Shown piece by piece: positions 47,971 to 58,766 of a stretch of 64,000 bases of DNA. The position numbers were made by a program, and so were the translations under genes. This DNA is from Vermamoeba vermiformis. Lineage: Eukaryota. The DNA is taken from NCBI GenBank assembly GCA_045837725.1, contig JBEWZL010000278.1, positions 248,001 to 312,000 of the forward strand, in the 5' to 3' direction. Under the pieces are notes generated by a model. It did not search any database and was not told the DNA's origin. It was given only the letters and a program-made list of their open reading frames with translations. Positions within the stretch are counted from its first letter, which is position 1; the number at the start of each line of letters is the position of its first letter.

Positions 47971-48196
47971 CCACACCCCCATACAAACATACCTTAAAAT
48001 TTTGCCATGACACAATCCCAAAGATTGTTTGGAGCAATTTACCACCTGCTGGCAAGTGTTGTAGCCAAAGATCGCTGATGCATAGTATAGTTGTGAGGTA
48101 CCAAAAGACCGTGAACATTTCAGTGCTGCTCAACAACATCTTGGTACGTCACGTGATCGGTGCTGATTGCCAAATTAAGTAGCTGGGAGAGCATTT

Positions 48197-48419
48197 GGTG
48201 GACATCTCGTCCTCCAAAAATTTTTTGTCTGTCTGGGGTCACTGCGTCCACCGATGTTAGTAATTGACCAACTTACACCGAACTCTGCCATTAGCACCAG
48301 TGGACCCAACAAGCCAACTGGTGGCATCGGGAGGCTTCAGGCTAAGCGCTGGAGGCTGAAAATGGCAATGATCTGCAAAGAACTGAAGCACCAGAACCTT
48401 GTTCTATTTGCTGCAATAC
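48197..48419 (+). repeat. Diverged direct-repeat copy of 46370-46612 (left part of the MITE-like element)
   Basis: Shared blocks GATGTTAGTAATTGACCAACTTA, CCATTAGCA.CAGTGGACCCAA, GAGGCTGAAAATGGCAATG.TCTGCAAAGAACT and TTGTTCTATT.GCTGCAATAC. Confidence 0.9.
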
Positions 48420-49543
48420 GACCGCACATGGCTGGATAGGAAGACAATCCTGGGTCTGAGCCCCTAAAAGAACTTTGTCATTTTTGACTAATACTACTTT
48501 AACTTTGCAGTTGCTGCTTGCACTATGTAGATCAAGTATTCACAGATTAGGCGCAGCCTTTGTGAACGTACAGCAGATAATGGGTTGATCAGGTGTCCAT
48601 CGCCCTTGCATGGAAGAGGGGTCCTCCAAAAACCGGGTGTCCTTAAAAGTTAGTAGCTAACAGAATTGTTCCAGTTTGTTTTATTATAATGACATAATGA
48701 AATAATAGTTGGTATATGTTAGGTTTGTAGTGATGTGTGTTGATGTCAAGTAAAAAAAAGATATAAAATCTTGAGTCTTCAAAGAACTTGCCTCAGAATT
48801 CAGGGTATTGGCCGCTGTTTCCAAACTCACCCTTCAAAGGCTGCTCCTTTGCTATCTTGGCACAGTGTGGGAGGGCTCATACAGGCTGCAGCCTTGCAGA
48901 TCTGTTTGGACATGCACCACTATGAGAGCAACACAGTCAAGCCAAAGCTATATCTCAACCCACTAATCGATTATCACAATGTGTGCCTCACATGCTGCCT
49001 CTAATACGGGCTACAATGCTTGAACCGTCATTACAAAGCAATCCCCAGGTTCACCATCAGACACAGGTTCTTCAAGGTAATGCTTTCATCAAGCATCTCA
49101 TTGGTATTTGATTCAATTGCTGCTAAGCTCTGTGTTCTAAATCAGCCAGTGTGACTTCGAAGGGACTATCCCTCCAATTCAAAGTTTGCAATTCTGTGGT
49201 GTGCTACTTGTTGAGCCAGTACAATACACTCTTCTGGAAACGTACCAGTACTGGTACTGCTTGAATGGTGCAACATACTTCACGTCAGATTAAATCTTTG
49301 GATGGTTTTTTTTTTATTGCCCCCCTCTGGGATTTTTTTTTTTTCTTTTTTTTTTTTCTGGGTTTTTTTTTTAAAAAAAAAATAAGAGTTTACATGACTC
49401 ATTTATCAGCTGACTTTGAAGTTGTTGCTCACCAGCACCATTCATACCCAATTGAGGCCTGGCTAGCATGCAGGTAATCCGTTTAACGCTCATCCCGACT
49501 ATTAATGTACACCGTTTATGCGCTATTTACAATTAACTACATC

Positions 49544-51058
49544 CTATTCATCGTAGCTCTTCTTCTTAGACGGTCGATTGAACACAGGTGCAGTGCCAGT
49601 GAGTTTCTGTTTGAGTCGCTGATTGAGGTCCTTGTCGCGCCGCATCTCCTTGTCCAGCAGCGAGGTGTCTTCATTCACCAAGTGCGTCCACTTCGATCTG
49701 CTCGCCTTGCCGTAGTTCTTCACCTGCATCACCTTGGGCATCATGTCCTTGCTGAACATGGCGTCCTCACCCGTGGGCGCAGTGAAGTCGTGCGTGGGCA
49801 AGAGGTCCTTGAGCTCGTCGCTGTAGTAGGCACCCTTGTGATAGTACTTCTGCAAGAACTTGATCTTCTTCTTCTCCTTGTTCTTGCTCGGATCCAGTTT
49901 GTTCTCGGCCTCCACCTCTGCATCGCTCATGGCGCGGCGTCGTTCAATCTCGCGCTTCTCGAGTTCGTGTTGCTCGCGCTGCTCTTTGTCGCGCTTGATG
50001 CGCTTCAACTCTCTGATGCGCCACAGTTCATATTCGTGCTGCAGTAGTGTCTCGTCTTGCTCGTCCTCCTCCGACATGAGATCTGCATCGTCCTCGTCCG
50101 CACCAGCAGCAGCTTGACTCTCTTGCGCGAGGTCCTGTTCAATGGTCTGTTTCAACAGGCTCACCGTGCTCTCTTTCTTCACTTGTTGACGCACCGCATC
50201 TAGCTCTGCGCGCGCGAGTTCTTCGGCTTCAGCTGCGCGCTCTGCTTCAGCGATGGTCTCGCGCTCCTCCCTGCACAGCAGTATATTAATACGCGCCCTA
50301 TTCTCACTCGAGGTCACTTACCGCTTGACAAAGTGCGGTCGGATCGCAGTGGCGCGGTGCGGCAAGAAGAGCTCCTCGTCACTCTCTTCGTCCTCCTCGT
50401 CCTCGCCACTCTCCTCGTCTTCTTCGTCCTCGTCGTCATCGTCCTCCATCACTGGCAGCAGCTCTTCTTGTTCCTCCGCTGCCATCCGCTCTCTGATCCG
50501 CGCACGACGGGCCTCCACATCCTCGTCGTCCGATGTCTCCTCGTGCACTGCAGCACTCACTGGTGCACGTACCTCTGTAGGAGCAGGTTCGATGATCTCT
50601 GCGCGCACTGGACGACGTACTGGCTCGTCTTCATCCGAATCTGCGTGTCTGCGTCGCTTGGCTACCAGATCGTCTTCAGCACTGTGCGCGACACTTGCTA
50701 GTCGCTTCAATCGTCTGTCTTCTTTTGGACCAGTGCTTGCTGTCACTTGAGGGGCCTTGGGCTCTGAAGGCGCTGTGATTAGTCAATGAAAAAGTCGGAT
50801 CCAAAATAATAAAATAATTATTCTGTATTATTGAATATTTATTAACTCTCTATACCGCGTCATTCGTTACTGATTGATTGCATAAGCGCTAAAATAAATT
50901 TGAAATTGAATTATTATTGTTATTATTGACACGATAAGGTCAGATCTAACCAGCAACACTGCAGTACACGCATACAGTACACTACACATACCCTCTGATT
51001 GTGCAAAGTCAGGCACTTGGCCCGCACGATAACGCCGCACTACAGGCCGTGTGGTCAT
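49544..51058 (-). CDS. MFAP1: Microfibrillar-associated protein 1 (spliceosomal B-complex factor)
   Basis: VRRYRAGQVP, DRRLKRL, RPHFVKR, EYELWRIRELKRIKRD, KFLQKYYHKGAY and PKVMQVKNYGKASRSKWTHLVNEDT. Confidence 0.94.
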
Positions 51059-51115
51059 GGTTCAGTACTGTGCATTAATAACACTATTAATTTATTCACA
51101 ACAACACCGCACACG

Positions 51116-52311
51116 ATGACCACCACGCGCACACTCGACTACACCATCAACACGGCAGAGGGTGCTGCGAGCATTGAGCAGGGGGTGCGACACGTGCTCT
51201 GCTTGGCACTCGATGAATTTCAAGCTGCAGATCGCAACGCCTTTGTGCTGCTGCCTCTCACGCAGGGAGTGACTAATATTCGTAAGAATGCGCGCATAAT
51301 ATGCTCTGAATTATGTCCCTATTTATAACGCTGCAAGACTAATGCTGCGCTAGTGTTCAAGTGCAGTCTGAACAAGCCAGATGGAGCTGTCACTAAAGTG
51401 CTCGTGCGCATTTACGGCGCTGGAACTGAAGCGATTATTGACCGTGATAAGGAAATACGCGTACGTATGATATACACGCGCCTGTGTGAGCAGATCTGCT
51501 AACGGCAATCCTAACTGCTTGCCATAAGGTACTCAAATTTCTTGGCGAGCACGGAGTGTGTCCACCAGTGTACGCCACCTTCAAGAACGGCATGGTCTAT
51601 GGCTATGTGCAGGGCCGTTCATTGCAGCCCACGCAGCTCGCAGACAAAGCCGCGCAGATCGGAGCAGCCATTGCGCGCTTACATCTGCTCACACCGCTCT
51701 CACTGCGCGAACAGATCCTGCCGATCAATGAGCCCATGAGTGATGCACACGCCCCCTGTCAACAGTTCACCACACTGCGCTCGTGGCTCAAAACACTGCC
51801 CGATCAAGTCGGCGAGTTCTCCAAATCTGAGCTTGAACTCAAAGTCAACTGGCTTGAATCACGTCTCATGGCGCGTCATATGCCCACAGTATTCTCGCAC
51901 AACGATCTGCTCGGTCCGAACATCATTCTCACACCTGACGAGCGCATATTCTTCATCGACTACGAGTACGCGAATTACAATCTGCGCGGATTTGACTTTG
52001 CGAATCACTTCTGCGAGTACGCGGGCTTTGAACTCGATTACTCGCGCTACCCTGCCCTCGAGACTAGACGCGCAGCAGTGCACGGCTATCTGACCGAGAG
52101 CAAAGCAGATATGTCGCAGGTGGATGCGATGGTGCGCGAGATTGAAGAGTGCGTGCCGCTGTCGCATCTGTTCTGGGGTGTGTGGGGCCTGGTGCAGCAC
52201 GGCATATCGACCATTCAGTTCGATTACCTCTCTTATGGACGCACTCGACTCAGTTATTATGAAACCACGCGTCAGATCTTGTTGACCGAAGAGGAGAAGG
52301 CCAATAAATAG
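51116..52311 (+). CDS. Ethanolamine/choline kinase
   Basis: LTQGVTN, VLVRIYGAGTE.IIDR, Brenner motif FSHNDLLGPNII, FIDYEYANYN.RGFDFANHFCEYAG and SHLFWGVWGLVQ. Confidence 0.93.
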
Positions 52312-52425
52312 ACTTGTATAATCAACGCGTCCTAGTATATGCACACGGTTCAATCAAATTCGTTTATACACATCGTACTCATGCTGTTCTATGTTACATC
52401 CGCGAGCCCATTCGGTCCCTCGCCT

Positions 52426-53249
52426 TTACAATGCAGTGCCGCGCTCCAAGTTCTCTTTGATGTCTGCAGTGTACTTATCAAATGCACGCGCTATCTTCTT
52501 GTTGAAATTGCGATTGCGCTCGTTGATGAACGTCACATCTGCATCCTCGTTGTGCGTGCGACGGCGACTGAATTGAGAACGTCTGTTAGCTTGTTCCTCG
52601 AGCTCCTTGACCATGGCATCAACACGCGCGTCATCAGGCTGATGTTGCTGCAAGTACTGCATCGTGTTAATCTCATCGCCGTGCTCGCCAATCTGATCCA
52701 GCTGCGCGTCGTATTCATCGGCTGAGAACTTGGCTTTCTTCGAGCGCTTTTTGAATGACTCGTATATAGCCACATCACCAAACACTAAATAGGCAACGAT
52801 CGGTGAGTAAGGCGTGGTTACAAGGTACATCTAAGCGACTTACAATCCTCGGGTCCTCCTTTGCGCTTCTGAGCCTTGTACTTCTTCTCGACATCGCCTG
52901 CAGTCACATTCAAGCGACTGCGACGATCGAGCTCCTCTTTCTCCTCGGCAGTCTTGGGCTCCTTTTTCTCTTCGTTTTCTGGTTCTGCACGGATGCGAAT
53001 CTGTCCCGTAAATGAGTCTGTATTTTTGTTCTCTTCTACTGTCAACTTTTTAGCATCCTGTCGAGCCTTATTAATTTTTGCTTGCAGTGCACGCAATTTA
53101 TCTTCAGTGCTGGCGGCTGCAGGGGCAGATCCAACCGCTGGCTTTTTCTTCAATTTTGACGCATCGAATTCAGCTAATAAGGAGGGCTTGTCATCGAAGC
53201 CAGTGCCTCGCTGTGCATTCTGCGCATTATCACTCAACAACAAGTCCAT
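52426..53249 (-). CDS. SYF2: Pre-mRNA splicing factor SYF2
   Basis: C-terminus FSRRR...DVTFINERNRNFNKKIARAFDKYTADIKENLERGTAL. Confidence 0.93.
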
Positions 53250-53397
53250 CGCTCTTCTTGTGCTTGTTGCTCGTGTCAAAATAATGCACAGCAAGCAGAA
53301 TTATGAAATTTAATTGAGCACGTGACTGATGTGGCCTCAGGAATAGCGCCAGGAGTGCGTAATATTTTACTTATCGCACTACTAGACACCAGACATC

Positions 53398-54732
53398 ATG
53401 GCAACTAATTTATTTGCTCCCCAAGCTAGCGCAGCGCAACAGGTAAATCTGAGTCACCATTGGCGTCTCACTCAACCAATGCCCAATACTAATCTCTGTT
53501 ATTATCACACTTGCAGAAAGATGTGCTCGTTGAATTCAAGGCTGGACGCATGTTCAAAGACTCTAACACCAAGTGGGTCCGTCCAGATAAGAGAAAAGGT
53601 CAAGTGCAATTGAAGCAGGTAATTATTCATCGCATTTCTATATTATACACACATGGTTGCACGATAATTAGGTGTTAATAATCGAAATTGACAATTTAAA
53701 AATTAAAGAAAAATTTTTCGATCAATTCCAAAATTTATTTCGCAATGGAAATGAGGCCTTAATGGTAATTTCAGAGCGGCGAAGACGGTTTGATCCACTT
53801 TGTATGGAAGGACAGATCCACTGGCATTGTTGAGACGGTAAGACAAAATGACCACCGATCTGACTCGCGTACTGACAGTACTCTACTAGGACTTGATCAT
53901 CTTCCCCGAAGAGGCATCGATGCGTCGTGTGAATGAGTGCAAGACAGGTCGCGTCTACTTGCTCGAGTTCAAGACCTCCGATCAGAAGCTCTTCTTCTGG
54001 ATGCAGGAGAGCAAAGAAGACAAGGACCAAGAGTACGCGGACAAGATCAATCAGTACATCAACAACCCTCCTCAACCTGGTCAAGCTGCTGGTGGCATGG
54101 GTCTCGAAGGACTCGGCAATCTCGATCAGCAACAGCTGCTGCAGATGTTGACCGGTGGATTGGGTCGTGGTGCTGCCGGTGCACCCACTACCAGCACTCG
54201 TCGCGCTACTCCTGCCACACCCTCGACCCCTGCGAGCACTCAGCCCACCGCAGCACCCACCAGTGCCCCCAGTCAAGCCAGCAGTGGTCAAGGTGCGGAT
54301 GTGCTCTCGTCCATCTTGCAGAGCATGGCGCAACAACAGCAGCAGCAGCAAGAACGCGGTCCCAAGCTGAACGATGTGCTCGCTGTCGATGAGATCGTCA
54401 AGACAGGTGTGCTCGCAGACCCGGCAGTGCAAGAGCAGTTGCTGCAGTTCTTGCCCGCCGAAGAGCGTGCAGATCCGTCGCGCAGCAACGAACAAGTGCT
54501 CGCCAGTGTGCTGCGCTCACCGCAGTTCAGACAGGCAGTCACTTCCTTCGCTGTCGCACTCAAGCAAGGCATGCACGGTGGTCCGCAAGGTCAGCTCGCG
54601 AATCTGTTGCGCTCGTTCGGTCTCAATCCCGATCAACTCAGCGCCGATCAAGCCACGGGCGGCAATGTGAGTGCTGTGGAGGCATTCTTGCGCGCCCTGC
54701 AACAGCTCGTCGACAAGAAGGAGAACAAGTAG
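53398..54732 (+). CDS. RPN13: Proteasomal ubiquitin receptor RPN13/ADRM1
   Basis: Pru domain LVEFKAGRM..VRPDKRKG, HFVWKDR, DLIIFP, GRVYLLEF and FFWMQE. DEUBAD-like LRSPQFRQAV..F..AL. Confidence 0.93.
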
Positions 54733-54836
54733 TGCTCTGAACTGGCATCGGAGGCTTGCTTATTTGTACATACGCTATTACATCACAAATAAACGACTGC
54801 TACTTATACAACTGTGCCTAGCACGAGTGAGCCGAT

Positions 54837-54861
54837 TTTTGGCGCGCAATTTCCCGCCAAA
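54837..54861 (+). promoter_or_regulatory. Paired E2F-like sites upstream of the Wee1-like kinase
   Basis: TTTTGGCGCGC at 54837-54847 and TTTCCCGCCAAA at 54850-54861. Confidence 0.55.
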
Positions 54862-55079
54862 TAAAACAAGCTCGCTCTACAGAACCAAAAAACGGTCACC
54901 AAGGGCTGCAGGTCATTTGTCGCCACACTCTCGTAGCTATCACACGCCACTCAAGTGCGCGGAACGAATAGAAATCGAAGCAGAAGTTTTTTTGGTCTTT
55001 TTCAAAACGATCCCATCCGGACTGCAATACATCATCAGCAAAAATTACGGACAATACTAATAACAAGCACAGTAACACC

Positions 55080-56971
55080 ATGTGGACTCATTCATCGCCT
55101 GTGTCGGTGAGGAGTCCGCGTGGGTTCAACAACACAACGACGTATCCGCAACCCAATAGTCCCAGTCAAGGCGAGCTCTATCCAGTATCGATCAGTGTAC
55201 CAACACCGCATCAATCTGCGTTTGAAGGCAATACATTTTCGGAGAAGAAACGAAGAGCTGGATCTTTAAAACAATGTCCCGAGCCCCCAACCAAATCCCC
55301 AGTTTCGAACAAGAAACCTAAGATAGGCCAAAGGGACGAACACGGTACGTAATAAAATTGATTTTTTCGTTGCAATTAAATTAATTACGTCAATTTACAT
55401 TCAAATTTCGCTCCATCTAATTACCAACCGACGACATATTTCCGCCGACATTTCTACTCCATAATTGCCTTAATTTGATTATATGCATGTCATGAAGTCG
55501 TGCATTAATATTCGCACGACAATTCCTATGATTATACATGATTTGCCAGAGATCTGTTTGCATCTCTGGAACTCGGTACTGACAAATGCTGTATTTAGTT
55601 TCAGTGCGCAGTCGCATCACCCAAGACTTTGCTATTACACAAAAGCTAGGCGCAGGATCATTCAGCACTGTACATCTGCTGCGTCGTTACAACAGCAACG
55701 AATACTACGCGCTGAAGGAGTTTGGCAACAAATACAAGCACGGTCATATCGCCGACAGGGCTAGAGCGCGTATGGAATACCAATATGGACTCAGTCTAGG
55801 CGATCACCCGCACACTGTCAAGTACCTGCAGCTGTACGAAGACGAGTCAAATCTGTTCATTTTGATGGAATATTGCGCGCGCGGCAATCTCGAACAGTTC
55901 CTCAAGCAACACTCAGTATCACCCCTCAAGAATGATTGGGGCGAGCAACTCATTTGGCGATTCATTCGCGATCTGCTGTCTGTAAGTAGCGCCACACGAC
56001 TGCTCTCCCGCGCAAGGTACTGACGGAGTGCATGTGCGACTGTAGGGCCTAGAACACATTCACCAGAAGAACTACGTGCACTTAGATCTGAAGCCCTCGA
56101 ACATATTCATCACTGAGCGCGGCACTCTCAAGGTACGCGCCACTCGTCCTATTCATACGCACTCACCTCACCACCGCAGATTGGAGACTACGGCGTGATG
56201 CGCACAGCAGATGAGATCAAGAACAAGATGCTGAACAGCGATCCATCAGTGTCCTACAACGACATTGAAGAGTTCAAGCACATGATTGAAGGCGACTCGC
56301 GCTATTTGGCCCCCGAGTTCCAACAGTCGCCCAATGCACTCAACACCTCAGGATCGACTATTAGAACCACGCGATCACGTGCTCGAACGTCCATGATTGG
56401 TCCGTGGTCCGACATTTGGGCCCTCGGACTCATCGTGCTCGAACTCGCCCTCGACATTATCATCCCTGCAGGGGGCTCGGAGCAGTGGTCCACCTTGCGT
56501 GCTGGCACTCTGCCCGACACACTCGAGCAGTCCTCCATCTCCCCTGCCCTGCGCGAGCTGATCAAGTGGATGCTGATGCCCAATCCCAACGACAGACCCA
56601 CAGCCACACAGGTCTTGCAGCACTATCGCAGTCGCGTGAATGACGACAGCATTGCCGTGGACTTTGACAGCTTTGTCAAGCGCGACTCACGCGCCGCACT
56701 GACCAACAGCGTGGGACTGCGCGACTCGATGGAGATTGAGGCCTGGAACAGCGAGATCTCCACGCACTATCAGGCCTCGTTTGATCGCAAGGCCGTCAAG
56801 CCCAAGCGCGAGGTCAATCTCGCAGCGAGCGGTGTGTTCATGAACGACGAGTCGAGCAGCGAGGAGAGTGACCTCAGCGCAGTGACACCTGTCAATCCCG
56901 CACCTCTGCTCAATCCGACCATGCCCATCATGCCGCGCAAACTGTCATTTGCAGACATGGACGATGACTGA
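55080..56971 (+). CDS. WEE1: Wee1/Myt1-family protein kinase
   Basis: LGAGSFSTV, YALK, HLDLKPSNIFI, KIGDYG, EGDSRYLAPE, SDIWALG and P.GG.EQWSTLRAG. N-terminal CPEPPTK. Confidence 0.87.
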
Positions 56972-57347
56972 ATCACGTGCTTGCTGACACTGACTTGATT
57001 CACTGAAATCACGTGACTTGACGTGATGGACCGTCCGACCAGTGGGATCGATCGACCTCCCCACAGACCGTTTGACTCCTCTCACACAGGCCTATGCCAC
57101 TTGCCTTATTTGGAAGAATTGCCGTTGGGTGTTCCATCTTAAGCGGTCTATTTTTAGTGCACTTACATTCACCTCACACCCAGTTCAATGCACTCGCAGA
57201 TCAATAAACACAGCTTTCGTTCGCTCCAGGACTATTTTTAGCTGCTCCTCGATCAGTTTTCAATTTTCCAAATTAGGCAACTTCTCGAAGAACGGATAAC
57301 AAAATTTCACTCTGAACAATGATTATTTGTAGCCACCAGAGAGCGAA

Positions 57348-58676
57348 ATGACCTCGCGTAAGAGACAGTACGAAGTGTGGCCATCAAATAATCGCTTTTA
57401 CTGCGATGGTCGCTGTCTCTCGGGACCAGATCGCAAGGCTTTTGTTGGCACCATCTTGTTTTTCATCATTCCCAAGCCTGTAGTGCTCGCCATTATGTAT
57501 GTATTTAATTATATTTATTGATGATGTTATAATTGCCGGATAAATCATTCCAATAATGTAAATTACTAATTATTAATTTAAATAATTCAGAATCCCGAGT
57601 TTGATGACCTTTCTGCCTTACGCGTGGATATTGTACATATTCGATTCATTAATATGGATTCAAGTGCTTGTATTTTTATTTATAGCGGGTTGTATGGACC
57701 CTGGCATTATTCCTCGCCGTCCAGATCCTGTATCAGGCTCGGATGGTACGTTGTAGCGAATCAATAGAATAGATATGGAAATTATGCTCATACATTAGGA
57801 TTACCAACGATAATTCTACGACTATAGTGCGGTAGATATCGATTTAATATCAATTTTAAATATTAATACTAACTTACCCAAGACAAATGTTCACCGCGAT
57901 TCCGTGATGAATACAGCACTATATTAATGACTAATATCACATATATGATAGACAATCCATTTGCTTTTGAAGACAAGCGACCTCCGCCATTCAAAACAGT
58001 GACCGTGAATACTGTCAAGATGCAGATGAAATACTGTGGTACGTGCCTTGCATCCTTACACCTTATCTTATAGATACTACACGTACTGGTATCTCAAATT
58101 TCAGTTCGCTATTATCCGAACAGCGGATGTATCTCGTGTACTGAGCTCCGTTATATTCCAGACACGTGCAACATCTATCGCCCCCCGCGCACCGTGCACT
58201 GCGGCATATGCAACAACTGCGTCGATCGCTTCGACCACCACTGCCCTTGGATCGGCAACTGCGTGGGCAAGCGCAACTACCGCTACTTCTTGTGGTTCGT
58301 GACCATGGCGCTGCTGAACATTGTGTGGGTGATGGCCCTCGCTGCGACCGATCTGGGTCTGCGACTAGTGGCGAGTGGGCTGTCAGGTCTGGATGCCTTT
58401 GTGGACATTGTGCTGTCCAATCCCACCGACATACTCGTCATCCTCTACACACTCGTCGCGGGGGGATTCGTGGCCGTGCTGTTCTTCTTTCACCTCTACT
58501 TGGTGTCGCAGGGCATCACCACCAACGAGCAGATTAAGAAGCTCTACAAGGGCAAGAAGAACCCGCACACGCACGGCTGTTGTCGCAACTGGGCCCACTT
58601 GTTCTGCGCGCCTGCCTATCCCAGCGCCATTGCACCGCGCGACTACGTGCCACTCGCTGGCGACACCGCCGTGTAG
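57348..58676 (+). CDS. DHHC palmitoyl-acyltransferase (ERF2/ZDHHC9-14-18-like)
   Basis: [69 protein letters not shown] and NP...G...N. Confidence 0.94.
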
Positions 58677-58766
58677 CTGTGACGAGGTGCTTGTGAATTG
58701 TAAATAAGACAACGTTTTTATTAAAAAAAAACACTTGTATAGCAGCACTAGACTACTTAGTTCGAT

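Noticed and set aside
47278-48010. Functional tRNA genes
   Set aside because: Only the T-arm/B-box and 3' end are recognisable. Acceptor, D and anticodon arms could not be paired.
48760-49280. Possible decayed transposase or reverse-transcriptase fragment
   Set aside because: The frames examined are interrupted by stops and no DDE or YxDD motif was found. Any resemblance is too weak to call.
49300-49385. Long T/A homopolymer tracts
   Set aside because: Low-complexity sequence at the island edge. It may be a retroposon tail, but no linked element body or TSD could be supported.
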